A stretch of 63,869 nt of DNA, filler included, from Lenisia limosa (GCA_001655205.1; 14 parts of 14 records of this genome joined end to end with filler, not necessarily neighbours in it); one strand, 5' to 3'. Counted from the whole stretch's first letter, positions 37,560 to 51,100 are shown. Notes: generated from the sequence alone by a model not told the origin. Numbers and translations are program-made.

Positions 37560-39462
37560 CCCCCCCCACCATGACACTCCACCCTGAATGAGTGCCGGTC
37601 CAGAGGGAAGAGGCTTCTTCGAGTCCACTGACATCTGGAATGTCAAATCCCTTCTCCGGCGTGATTCGTCATCATATGATGAACCGGGTTATCATCTCCA
37701 CAATACCCCCAGCAAAGTAATGATACACACAACGATGATACCTGATAGGTTATCTTCATCCTCTTGCTTTTTCTGCGATGCCCCCCCCCCCCACTTTTGG
37801 AGTTGGGCNNNNNNNNNNNNNNNNNNNNNNNNNNNNNNNNNNNNNNNNNNNNNNNNNNNNNNNNNNNNNNNNNNNNNNNNNNNNNNNNACAAGAGTCAAC
37901 AGGTAGAAACCATTAAACGAGAAAGGATGTCTCACAATGAAACTTTCACATTAATGTCATATCCTGTCAAAACAGTCTTTTATGAAACACAAACCGATAT
38001 AAGAAACAAAGCAATGTATTCACAGAAATTCCCCTTGCCCCCAAAAAAAGTACAACAGTAAAGTAACTAAATCAAAATCAGGACCAGAAGGACCCCCCCC
38101 CCTAACTCTTTCAAAGCAAGATCCAACGCAGTGGTAACGGGATGGAGGTCCTCGGTCCTGCAGTGTACCTTGATGGAGGACTCATCAAGCCAGTGCATCC
38201 CCTAGTTTCATGAAACATAATTGAACGCAATCTTGAAAATAAGAAATAAAAAAACGGTCAACTCTGTTGGTAAAATAGTCCCAAAGGTAAAAAAAGTATA
38301 AGGAGAAAGTGACACACGTACTATGTATTACTAGTTATACATATAGTATATGATATATATTATATGTATATTTTGTTTTATTTTTCTGAGCTAAATCCTG
38401 CGGTGGATTCAATAAAATACTCATCTAAGAGACTTTTACCTCTGTTTATCTCTGAATACAAAGCTTAAATAAAACACGTACGTTTTAAAACAACGTCAAG
38501 CTTGTATTCAATTCCAAAACACCCAACCAAATATAACTAAGTAAAAATGAGCTAACTACAGCTAAGTGCTGAAACGTTACGTGCTCCACGTGAAACTGCT
38601 CCTCGACCACCAACCTCAAGGATGAGCTCCACCAGAAGCGCTTGGTACTTGACAGGGTCGGCAGCCACCTGCACAAGCTCCTTCTTGGCCAGTTTGATTG
38701 ACTCCTGGATCACGCGATCTTGCTCCCTCAGGAAGACCATCTTCTGCTCACGCTCGAACTCTGCGGCCGCTCTAAGTTGTCAATACCGTACGATTGCGTT
38801 GAAGAGATACAAAAACTCAAAATCAACTCTTTTTGTAGGCTAAACCGTGAAAAATGGAATTATGATATAAAACAAAGGGGAAGGGGGGGGGGGTAACATT
38901 TCAACACCAGAAAGAATGAATCAACACAGAGTTCAGCGCTAAGAGTTACAGCAAGTGTCTCTTCTCGGGGGTATAATCCTTTAAGGGACTAAGGACTTAA
39001 ACAACAAAAAACAATACTGTGATAATACGGGTAGAGTTAGCATATGCCAGAGTAGGGAAGGATGTGCAATTAGTTTTGCAATCTATTATCACATACCCTC
39101 TAAGTATCCCATTGCCACTAATATAATGAGAATAAAGACTATTAAAGGTCGCAGCGCTCTCTTTATGTCAAAGAAAATCATGAACTAATGCAGATAAAAG
39201 GAAGGGGATAAGGGGCCTGCTTACACTCTGTTCTCTACTTCAATGCGCTTCTTTTCTGCATCCTGTTCTTTGCGGACACGGAGGCGACCTTCATGAACAA
39301 GGCGATTCTAACACGTTACCAGCTAACAGTGATTTAGCCAACCTTTTCTCTGTCATAGTCTTCTTGAGCTTTTGCAATAATTTCTTTGGCCTTCTCATCA
39401 GCTTCTTGCCTGATAAAGGCGACCATTTGGTCTATCTGCTTGTCCACAGCCTGTTGATCCAT
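37560..39462 (-). CDS. ATP6V1E: V-type H+-ATPase subunit E (3' end lost in gap)
   Basis: MDQQAVDKQIDQMVAFIRQEADEKAKEIIAKAQEDYDREK...KYQALLVELILE|GMHWLDESSIKVHCRTEDL...VDSKKPLPSGPALIQGGV. Confidence 0.88.
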
Positions 39463-39826
39463 TATATTTTAAATCCAATAGCTTATAACTATCAACTCAA
39501 ATGTCCAGATGTCTTTTATTATGCTTCATTTATTTTCCCCCCACAAAATTTTTAAATGCCCTTCCGGCGGCGTAGTACCCGTTTGCAGTAATTGCATTAA
39601 CTTACATATATGATGTTAGTTGGGGAGGAGAAGAAAACCAGAAAAACCAATTTCACACCACTTTTCAGGTTTAGTTTTTGGTTGTTTAATGAATTAAAGA
39701 CAATATAGATTAGTAGATAATTTTCATACATTTCACTTTATAGTGAAATCATTTTAGTGAACCCCCCTAGAACGGGCTACTGTTCATGGAAGCTGCTAAT
39801 ATAGTTATTATAGAAGTGTAATTATT

Positions 39827-42550
39827 ATGCCTCCTTCAAAGGCCTCGAACAAGGGCAAAAAAGGTCAAGGATACAATCGTAGGTTCTTTATGTGAGTATT
39901 TTTATCATTTATTTATTTATAGAGTTGCGAGTTGGAGAGTTTTTGCAGAAAGAAGGCTTTGTTATTGAGGAAGATTTTCCGAAGACGTACCTAACCAAGC
40001 GGATTACTGTCCCTTATCTTCAGAATTCGAGTTTAAAAGTCCTTGTAGATGAAGGGTTCTCAGAAAGCGCAGCAGAGAAGCTGATTTGGAAAGTCCACTC
40101 TATTGCTCAAAAGAAGGTCCTTCCTCAACCCGAAAAGGGCCAAGAGACTCCATCATACGTACCAGAATACATTCCTGACAGTGAATACCCTCAACCTGCG
40201 TGTACCAGCCCCCACTCCGAACGAGAAGCATCAACTGACCAACTCCAACGAGCATCCATTGTGGAGCACAACTTCGAGGAGCTCAGCCTCAGAACGTCAG
40301 AAACCTCATCAATGCCTGCAACATCTGGCTATGAGGGCACGCCCTATGACGAAGCTCCCCATGACCCTGTGGTTGAAGCTTACGCGGCGCAACAGGTGCA
40401 GTATCAGCAGGTTGTCCAGCCAATGCAGAGCCCCAACGGTATGACGTTCTACAAGCCGCTTGTGATGGACCCCAACATGATGTATCAGCAGCAGGCGTTC
40501 CAGGCAATGCCGATGCAGGCACAGCAGGTTCAGCAGGTTCAGCCGGTGGGTCGGGTGACATTATGGCTTCATCTAAAATGCAGGCATCTTTCTTACTGAC
40601 GTTATAACTGGGATCTTCGGGTTGAGCTCTATTTACACCGTTTTCCCTAACAATGTCTTGTATTGTGGTTAAATAAAATTATTTTCTTTCCTTTTTTCTC
40701 ACTTGATTGGTATTTGGTCATTATTGCTCTCAGAAGAGTGCAGAGATCGTTTCGTGGATTACATGAATTAACCCAATGAACTTGTGACCCACATAAAAAA
40801 AGTGCTTGTGCTGTTTTTTTTTTTTTTATGTGGGTCACCCTATTTGTTTGTAAAATGATTGTTATTGTGTATATTTAAACTTTTAGGGTGGATACTATAT
40901 GGAAGGCAAGGAAGTGGTAATGCAGCCGCAAATGCAGTACATGAACCCTATGATGCAGCCCCAGGTTCGTTTTTCTCAAATGCGTTAAAGTGCACCAAAT
41001 TTGGTACACGTTATTGCAAATTCCTCCGTTTTATTCACAACTAGTTTATTTTGTTTTGTTTCATAAATTTTCCATTCTCACCATCGCTCCAGATGATCCC
41101 CCAAATGCCGAACCCCATGATGTACCAGCAGAGACAGTTCTACGGCCAGCCGCAAGGCATGGTGCCTCAGTACGTGTTCCCTCAGCAGGTGAGGAAATGG
41201 TCGTGTCAGCCCCTACCATATACCGATGTACTACAAAAGCGTTGGGTTGAGTCAAATTGACTTCACTTCGACCCAATAAATGACAATCTCCAAGTGTCGA
41301 TATTATATCGAATTGTCAGAGTGGATGTGTAGAGTTGATTAGGGCTTCACTTCGGTTCTAAACAAAGACTCAATTTCTCGATAAATCCTCGAAAACTATC
41401 GATATTTTACCGGTCTTTTTCGAACCGAAGTGAAATCCTAGTTGAGATCTTTTACAGGCTCAAGTGTGGTTGTATGTTTAAATGTTCGGTATGAGTTTCA
41501 TTGTATTTGTGTACGTTGTTCATATGACCCGAGGGAACAGCCTAACTGGTATCAATCTCTCTGGTACCATTGACATCAGTTTTTAAGCATGCTGATGTTT
41601 CTTGGTACCAGAACATTTAATGAAATAGTGTTTTCATTTCTTCATTATTTCACCATTGCTTAGATGCAGCAAATGCCGGGCCTTCAAGCCATGCCCATGC
41701 AGTACGGTCAGATGCCGCAGATGATCCGTCCCATGATGTACCCCCAGCAGCCGCAATACATGGAGCAAACCTCGATGCCCAAGTGGGGAGGGGGGGGGGT
41801 CAGCAGTTTTAAGCCACCCATAGGATTGAAGAGGCATGTATAAGACTCTGGGATATTGGTAAAAGGTCGCAATCAATTCACCTTATCGCAATTTTCACCA
41901 AATATTTCCTGTTCTTTTCGATCGTGGAGTCAAAACAATTTTATTAGTGAATTAATATCGTACGCTACATATATAGATGGAGTATCCGGCTTCAGCCTAT
42001 TGATTCCTTTTTTGTTTCTCGTAACATTACCACACCAAAGGCTGCTCCCCTTAGGGTCGAAAAGAATATCACGAGATATTTCACAGTGGTTTTCAGTCCT
42101 GGGAAGCTAATATCCGAATTGTGATTAGTTCAACCTAAATCCCGAACCAAACGGCCTTAACCATGACAGCACCCACCGGACCAACACCAACAACTGGCCG
42201 AAGCCGAACCTCGTCAAACGCCCCGACCCGGCCACAGTCACTGTCGCCTCCTTCCCCCACGCACAACCCCTTCCTGAAATCCAGGCCGACCTCTTCCATA
42301 GCAATAAGAATCTCGGATGTGGGGGGGGGGGGTATTGTCTCTTTTTGCTGATTTTTTAGTTTTCTGGGCTCGTACTGATACAGCCCCCTTGAATCATTTT
42401 ACTTTTTATTGTCATTTTGCAACATAGCTACATACATATATATGAAGTATTGATCTTTCAGATCTGATCTGTGGTCTGATCCGATTGCGGCGTAACGATG
42501 TCATCCAATTTCCGCCTCGGAGAGTGTCCGAGCGTTATGACGAGGCTGTT
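39827..42550 (+). CDS. Gln/Pro/Met-rich low-complexity protein with a small globular N-terminal segment (possibly SAM-like)
   Basis: ATG 39827, gtaggt donor, ORF 39892-40599, then further QQMPGLQAMPMQYGQMPQM exons with canonical splice sites. Confidence 0.6.
41340..41440. mobile_element. MITE family A copy
   Basis: tagggcttcacttcggttc...gaaccgaagtgaaatccta. Confidence 0.85.
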
Positions 42551-42956
42551 ANNNNNNNNNNNNNNNNNNNNNNNNNNNNNNNNNNNNNNNNNNNNTTAAT
42601 TAATTAANNNNNNNNNNNNNNNNNNNNNNNNNNNNNNNNNNNNNNNNNNNNGGGGTTTGTGAAGTGTGTCTGTGGGGGGTTATATATTAAGCACAGAATA
42701 TTTCATGTCTAGAGGAAAATAGGTGGATATGAAATAGAAGAGAAAAGAACTAGAAAGAGACTCTATCTCAGACGGGGAACAACAAAAAGAGTACACATGT
42801 AAGATATCATATACTACTGGATAAAACATAAAAAAAAAAAAAAAAAGNNNNNNNNNNNNNNNNNNNNNNNNNNNNNNNNNNNNNNNNNNNNNNNNNNNNN
42901 NNNNNNNNNNNNNNNNNNNNNNNNNNNNNNNNNNNNNNNNNNNNNNNNNNACAAAC

Positions 42957-45900
42957 CTAAAATGCCACTCCAAGCAAAGAGCACACGACTGAGAGGTTTG
43001 TAAGTGATCCAACTAAGTCATAGTCGAAGGTCAGATTTGGCTTGAGTTTCAGTGCTCTGTGAATAGTGGTGGCAATGATATCCTGTTCACAGTGCTCATA
43101 TTTCGCAGGACAGATAGACGCAGCATCATAGCGCTTTCGTGTTCGAATTTTCACTTGACGGAAAGCATGTCGTACCTGATTGGAATCAAAAAGCCTTTCG
43201 TCATACCAAAGCAATGCCAATTTTGGCAGTTTCTTCACTAGCAGATAAAATAGTCATTGAAGGTTTTGAGCAAAACCCTTCTAAAATGACAAGAGAGATA
43301 CCAATTTCAACAGTGTCATCAATATCGGACAGAGTGAGATGGTCTGTGTTGTTCAAGTCTCTGATATCGTTTGAGTGAAGTGGATGTCCAACAAGCAAAC
43401 AATGGAACCCAACTTGTCGGAGTGCATCACTGCTTAAGTGGCCCTACAATAAATAAAAGTGTGCTGAAGCCTAACAGTGGGCGACACGCCATAAACAGGC
43501 GACGTTGCAGCGCCAGTAAAGAATCGCGTACACATGACAATTCTTGGGAAAATATGAGGCAAAGTTTGATTGAACTTGAAATAGAGGAGAATTTCTGGAC
43601 TGATAAGGGAAGAGACGTGACAAACCTTGCAGGGAGACGGACTGGAACCTATTCATTGGTTCCATCTGAGACACAGCCGTTTTCAGTCGTTTTGCTAATC
43701 CTTCCACAAAGGGTATGTATGGGCTCTGATTCGGGTCTTCAAACAGCTGAAAGATTACATCACAAACTTGGAGCAGAAAAGGGGAGGAGTATGTACTTTT
43801 CAATTTCAGGTAAATTAAGCACCAAAGAATGAAAATAACGAGACCTGAAATATCGTTGAAAGGCAACATCATTGCAGAGCTTTGCTGACGGTAGAAAATT
43901 CGCGTTTAATTCCACAAACCTGAAGGGAAGAAAGGGCTTCAATGAATCTGTAGGCCAAAACATCCTGCAAAGCCAGCTCGTAGTGTTCCCCGTCAATGTG
44001 TACTTCTTGGGTGAACTTGTCTGTCTCTACAGATTTTACATAAGAAGGGTGACACAGTGTTGTATTTAAAATATAATAGTTAAACTTTCGATTCCATAGG
44101 TATCATGATATCCACTTCTGATGATATTGTTCGTAGCATTGTTTCAGAGGTAACTAACTAGAGGTAGGGCAAGTTAAAACAGATGTTAGTATGTTGATCC
44201 AAAACATATGACTATGCCACTCTTACTACAATATCATAGCATAACAAGGACTTACGTTAAAATGAGAGGGGTTTGTTCTATTACTAAACTAACTTTCACC
44301 AGATTTTCTTTTTAATATTTGTTTGAAAAGCTTGAATAAAAATGCTCTTATCAACATGGATACTATTTCGACTCATATACAAGTCATCACCGGTTACCAG
44401 TGGGAAGTCCAATTGGAGGAAGTCTGTTCAGAATCACACACGAACCATCAGAAGGGCAAGGGGCTAGGTGGATAAGTCAGTTATTATGACACTACTGTGT
44501 GTTAGATGATGCTGAGACACTAATTGAAGAATAGTTCGACATGAGTACGAAAGAACATCTTCCAGAGCAATGTGTTCAATTTCCATTTCCTGGGCAGTTA
44601 TCAACTGTATTTTTTTTACCTTTACAGGAACAGTGTATCCAACTACTGCTTCGATAATCTTATCAATAACAGCAAGAGGTTGCTCATCTATCCTCCCTTC
44701 AAATCCGCTAACACGCCAAATACACTCCGGAACTGCAAAATCATCATCAAATTGAAACCTACCATTTTTTCTCCGAATCATATCCTTTGCCGCAGTTGCA
44801 GCGAGAGAAGCTGACTGACATCCTTGAAGTATCCTGTATCTATCTGGCTCCATCTCAACAAGGCGCGACAAGCATTGAGAAAAGAGCTTAGAAATGGGCT
44901 GTAATCGAGGGCTACAAAGCCAGTGTGAGCGACCGGATTCATAAAGTACAAAAGCCCATTGTGTTAACGGTAGGTTGGAAGACAGTCTATCAATATTCAA
45001 TGAATCCAACTGAAATATTGAGTACGGTATAGTAACCTTACCTCAATTGCAATTGTTTCTACCTTTGACAAAAGTTGTTTATTTGCATTCCCAATAGTTG
45101 GCGTCTGTCTCAGATAGGAGGCACGTGCTTCAAAAAGTGAATCCAAAAGCTGTGGCATTACCTTGTAATTCATTATAGCCCTCAGAACCTGATTTAATTT
45201 CAAGAGTGTTTGCGTCTAAAGCATTATTGAAATTCTCCTTACCAATGGTACCCGAGAACGACTTTCTAATACCAGATAATATTACAGAATAAGACCAAGG
45301 ACGCAAACAAACTGCACAATTAAAAAGACAAGACAACAAACCTCTCTCGATATCATATCTGTTGAGTTCCCTCCGTTGTTGGTGCATCAATTCTCTTAAC
45401 TCAAACTTATCCATTTCAGCCATGTTTTTCTCAGAACCCTTAAGAGGCCAATAACCAACACCAGGCTTCAGTGCTACAGAAATATTAATAAAAAGAGCAA
45501 AAGCGACTTACCTGATTGAATAGCAGATTCCACTGGGTCTGAGGCAACTGTATCAAGAGTAATGGGTGGTATTCCATTTAAATTACTGTCTACTTCTGTG
45601 AAGACAACTGGTTTAATAGGTGGAAGGATATCATTTTCATATGAAGGTGCTTCATATAAATCAAAATGACTTGATATGTTACGACTCGTGGTACAGATTC
45701 CCACCTTTCAGATTGAAAGAGAGAAATGTGAATCTGCCCATCGCCAATGATATCAAAAACGTTCATTTCATGGAAAACCTTTAAAGACAGACTGAAAGCA
45801 ATTTAATCAACAAACATTTGTACATACTTTAAGAGTTTTGCCGTAACTCTGATAACTGGCTCAGATGTATACGCAAAGTCTTCCCCCAAATTCTCAATAA

Positions 45901-46780
45901 TTTCTAAATAGCTTTCATTCTAAATGTCACACAATTTGACAACAGCAAACATAAAGAGGAAAATAGATGTCCTTATTAACTTCCAAAATATTTTTTAGAA
46001 ATTTTTTGAGTTCGTTTGTGCAATTGGTCTTGTAAAGCTGACAGTTAAAGGAAGAAAACGCTCACTGATTGGCAGAGACAGTACCAAAAACAGTTGCCAT
46101 TACCACAAACAGGAATAAACCCAGGAATATCTTTAGCCCATCTCTTTAATACATAAAAGAAATAATATTACTCTTTCTTACTTTTTCTGCCATACAAATT
46201 TGCCCAGTCGATGCATCAATTGGCGAAGGAAACTGAAGGGTAAAGAACATTTGTTCTTACAGGAGTGCCAGGTGTCTTCCACAACACAAATATACGGAAT
46301 ACATCACCAAGAGATTGTTCTTGAATCCTACTATCTAACCCTAATGGTAGTTCAAGCTGAACAGGTTCCTGTTGTTGTTTTTGTTGTTGCATCATTAGGC
46401 TGGGTTGAGAGGTGGAGGAAAGCGAATAGAAGCCCTGTAAAAGACTACCGACCAATAGATAGATTTCACAACACAAAAATATAAAAGAGAAGAGTGAGAG
46501 AGGAATGGTAAAGAGAGTGTAGCGAGCAGTGGGGTAAAGTGTAAATGACCAGATAGTTACACATTTACAAATTCAATTAATCCTCTTTTTGGGTGTTGTT
46601 GTGCTTTTGTATGTTGGCTTTTTTTATACTTTTAGACACCACCTGGCTTTTTCTTTTTTGCCACCTTTCTGCCGCTTTCTGCCTTTCTGCAACGTCTGCA
46701 ACTTCCCCCCAGCGCCCCCAACCTTGCCCTTGCCTTACCCCAACGTCCCAACGCCCTCTCTCTTGGTAGCCTCTTGATTC
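42957..46780 (-). CDS. Large hypothetical protein with an OTU-like protease motif near the N-terminus and long exons
   Basis: VCGNGNCFWYCLCQS|gtgagc (~46065-46110) resembles the OTU Cys box and SSHFDLY (~45655-45675) the His box. Downstream ORFs 45130-45423, 44464-45009, 43471-43872 and 42957-43238 are unrecognised. Confidence 0.5.
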
Positions 46781-46800
46781 ATTCTCTATCAAACACTATC

Positions 46801-49324
46801 ATGTCGACACCCACATCAAGGTTTGCAATCCATTATTCTGGGGTTTTTGTAGTAATAAGCTTGATTTACTGATAATCGCTCAGCAGGCGACGGAATCCGA
46901 TAGACGACCTTCCCGACTGGGAGCCTCCAGAAGATATGCCACTGTTGGAAATGAAGCAGCGGGTCAGAGAAGACGGGTGTATTGAGTTCTACGAGGTCTG
47001 CGAGCTTGATCTGCGAGCTTGAAATGTGATCCGTATTTTCTGCCGTTATGCGATAATCCTTATCAATACCCTTAACAGGTTGGAGGACCCGAGGGTGCAG
47101 AAACGGAAACGCTCCACTTTATGATTGGGCAGAAGGATTTTCACCAGGTTCCAATTTGTGTCTTAGGCGACCCGGGTGTTGGCAAGACCAAGCTCATTAA
47201 TAGGTGCGTTTTTTGTGAAGGTTCCGCTCAAGGCGAGTTCCGCTATTGTATTACTTTTTTTTAAAAAAAAACACATACTATACCTTTCACCTTCGGCCAG
47301 ATACAACCTTATTTTTTATTCTCATTGCTATATATCATATACCTTTCACACGAGTGAAAACAACGGACGTGAGGTCAGTGGAAACAGCATACACGGTCGT
47401 CTCACAAGAGCCATTACAAAATCAGTATTCCATAGCGATTTCCTTGTGCACATAATTCATGAAAATCTTCAAAGAAATGTATTCACCTGAATAGATTGGC
47501 AGGAGAGGATTATAGTCCAATCTACAAAGCTACTCATTATGCAGAAGAGACTCTGATAGAAAGGTTGGAGAGGCAGGGGTGAAGTCAGGGGAGTAATTAT
47601 CTAGAATTCTCAGATATTCATGGCGTGCTTTACATATCATATTATCGTGATGTACTATATATCATTTAACATTGCGTATTGAGTATATATATCGATATGA
47701 TATAGATTATGTTATCCATATTCACTTGGGACGCCAGTCCCGAGGGAATATGGGGAGGGAGTGGGAAGAGTATGATTGTGCTAATGGTGTTCAGAGGGAT
47801 GAACGAGGGCTTTAGCCGAGCTCATCCCGGGGAATACCTGCTTCTTCAAATATTGCATAATTAATTATTAATAGCGTGGTGGTAATAAACCCTCCATTGG
47901 TATAGTCTATATATTACATATGCATATATAGTATTGATATTTCTGTTTTTGGTAAATGCGTGAACTTCAAATTGGCTGTTACTGACCCTCAAGGGAGCAT
48001 GAGCCTTTCTCCTTTTGGGATATCTCGGGTAGATGGCAATACCTTCCAATGATAGAACCGTTTTATTTCAATTGCGAGGTATGTGTGTGGTGGGGGTACT
48101 TTGTTCCAAATGTATCCTTCTGAGACTAGGACACTTTTTGTATGATACGTAGTGTTGTCATCGATTATTGTTTACACTGTAGTTCTGTCTGCTTTGTTTT
48201 GACGTCACAAATATTAAGTCGTATATCAGACTAAAACACTGGAGGGATGAGGTCTACAAGTGAGCGAAAAGGAATGAGCATAGCATATAATACTATATAA
48301 TACTATGATAAATCCTTGAAATGAAACCCAACAAAGGTAGTTATTTATCTTCACAGAGTAAATCGAGCCTGTAAATTCATTGTTGTTGGTACCAAGTGTG
48401 ATCTCCACGAACAAGTGAGCGGCTTTTGGGTTTCTGTATACTGGTGCATTATCACCGTTTTGACAATCCCAGATACTCGTTCAGAAGTATCTTGCAGATC
48501 AACAAGCAGAGAGATGGCGCGGAGTTAACGTGTATACATCGTCAAAAGCCGGGACGGGCATTTCGCAAATCCTACAAGCGATTGAGAATATGTTGGAGGA
48601 TGTGATTATTTTCTCGAACTATAAGACCTGCTTTAAACATGAAACACTACCCAATTATGCAAGGGTAGCTTTTTTTAGCAGTGTTTTATTGTTCTTTAGG
48701 GCTGATTCCTGCGTTCTGCGTAATAAATTTGGAGGTGACATTCGAGAAATGTTCAAGGACCAAGCAGAAATGTTCCAACCTGGGGGTGCAATGCACCCCG
48801 ATACGATTAAAAACAAAACATACAAGGTTTGCTGAAAATTGAAGTGGATGATAGAGCAGAATGGCGGAATGAGAGCTTTACAGTTCTCAATAAGATAAAC
48901 AAGATCACTTTTCTTTATTTACTTTCGGATATCCCCTTTTTCCTCATAAGAATAAGATGAATTCCATCGTCATGTGCTTGAAACTATTTGATATTCTAGG
49001 ACCCTATTGCAAAGAGAGATCTTTACGAAAAAATGGCAAGGTTCTATCAGCGTCCTGATGTTACTAACAATGACATCTACACTGAAGACTGGGAGGTATT
49101 CAAATGGGATTTTCAAAAGACTCATGCCTCTTCTCATTTCTCATTTTACCTCCCAGGCAGCCAAACAAGAGAAGATCGACAGGGGCAAGAAAGGCCTCAA
49201 TGCAATTGTGGAGTACATTAGAGAGAACCGAGAAGAGTTCCTTCAGTCTTGCCAAGAACAGGAGAAGAAGCCCTATCCAAATGGCTTGACAAAGGAAATG
49301 CTGTTTGCTGACAATTGGGATTAA
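46801..49324 (+). CDS. Rab/Ras-like small GTPase domain protein with N- and C-terminal extensions
   Basis: G1 ICVLGDPGVGKTKLIN, G3 FWDISGRWQY, G4 IVVGTKCDL, G5 YTSSKAGTGI; further in-phase exons to MLFADNWD* (TAA ends 49324). Confidence 0.8.
47291..47332 (+). repeat. Intronic repeat family B, partial copy 4 (GTPase intron)
   Basis: cttcggccagatacaaccttattttttattctcattgctata matches the 3' parts of copies 1 and 2. Confidence 0.6.
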
Positions 49325-49594
49325 AGGGTATGGGGGGGGGGGGGGNNNNNNNNNNNNNNNNNNNNNNNNNNNNNNNNNNNNNNNNNNNNNNNNNNNNNNN
49401 NNNNNNNNNNNNNNNNNNNNNNNNNNNNNNNNNNNNNNNNNNNNNNNNNNNNNNNNNNNNNNNNNNNNNNNNNNNNNNNNNNNNNNNNNNNNNNNNNNNN
49501 NNNNNNNNNNNNNNNNNNNNNNNNNNNNNNNNNNNNNNNNNNNTGCATAAAGTACAAAACCATTTCAGGCTGACCATCTTGGGAATGGTTTAGA

Positions 49595-51100
49595 TTAGTT
49601 TGACTTGCCATATTTGTCAAACCAGGCCTCATCAACGGGACGTCGTCGCACACCCACGAAGTCATACGAAAAGTAGGTGTAATCAACCTGAGGGGTAAGG
49701 AGAGAAAGAAAATTCGCTAAATAACAACGGGTCAAAAAAAAAAACAATAATAAAAATAAAAACAAAGAAACAGAGAACCCCTGGACCTTATGCCATTCTC
49801 CATAGAGCTCGGTGAGGAAGTCTTCGGGGTGCCGGGGGACTGAAACCTCCTTGTTCAGGAATGTTCTGTTGTATAAGGAGAAACTCAAGATAAATAGAAC
49901 TAGTAAAAAAGCCAGGTAAAACATATATATATTTTAGAAGCCAAATGAGAAGAGCACAATTGCAAAAACAAAAAAAAAACAACAACAATAAAAATAAGTA
50001 GCCTTCGAGCCTGGCAAAAAGCCATGAGCGTACCTGCGGGAGGTGGGGAGGACGTCGTCAATAGGAACTTCGAAAGGCACCTCCTTGCGGCCGTCAAGCT
50101 TTGGTCGCGTCAAAACAGTCTAAAACCGTAAATAGGCGGGTGAGAGTATTTTTATTGCAATAGTGATACACCAAACAAACACACACTCAAAACAACAACA
50201 ACAAAAAAAAAGCAAGAATAAGATTAAAAATCACAGGTAAAGAGACCTCCGATTTACACACCTTGCCGTCCTTGACCTTTTTATGGAAGAGGATGAGGTC
50301 CATACGCACGGCGCNNNNNNNNNNNNNNNNNNNNNNNNNNNNNNNNNNNNNNNNNNNNTTAATTAATTAANNNNNNNNNNNNNNNNNNNNNNNNNNNNNN
50401 NNNNNNNNNNNNNNCCAGTACCTGGAGGGCCATGGGGTTTTGTCGGTGGTGATGAAGCATTGAACGGACCAAGCTCTCCTTGTCTTGGGTGTGGAACTGG
50501 GGGGGAGGGGAGGGGAGTAAAATTGGAAACAGTAAATTTGGAAAATTTATAGAGGGAGATCTATGAATAAAAAAAACCTCACAGCCAACCCTGTTGACTA
50601 AATATGAAGGAGGGAAATAGACTGAGCTCCAATTGAACTTTAAGAGGTAGCTGAAAGAACAGAAGGAAAATGAAGATAGGCACTATTGTAGAAGACCCCT
50701 NNNNNNNNNNNNNNNNNNNNNNNNNNNNNNNNNNNNNNNNNNNNNNNNNNNNNNNNNNNNNNNNNNNNNNNNNNNNNNNNNNNNNNNNNNNNNNNNNNNN
50801 NNNNNNNNNNNNNNNNNNNNNNNNNNNNNNNNNNNNNNNNNNNNNNNNNNNNNNNNNNNNNNNNNNNNNNNNNNNNNNNNNNNNNNNNNNNNNGTCTCGA
50901 ATGTAGGCTCGAAGCTCAGAGATGGGACGCTATAATGTCAAATGTAGGATCAGGCGATAGTTAACAGCTTTGTGCAGTCAACCGCTGGATCTCTATGATC
51001 CTAGTTGCAATAGAGACTTTATCTTTATGATCTTATTTTCAATAGAGTCTTTACTACAAAAAAAAAAAAGCAGGTTGAAGAGAAGAAGGTTGTAAGTAGG
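49595..51100 (-). CDS. LicD/fukutin-like nucleotidyltransferase-fold protein (partial, gapped)
   Basis: VRMDLILFHKK, VPFEVPIDDVLPTSR|TFLNKEVSVPRHPEDFLTELYGEW resemble the LicD 'IFP..F.G..V.VP...E.YL...YG.W' region. The N-terminal W-D-x-D motif is not seen and may lie in a gap. Confidence 0.55.
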
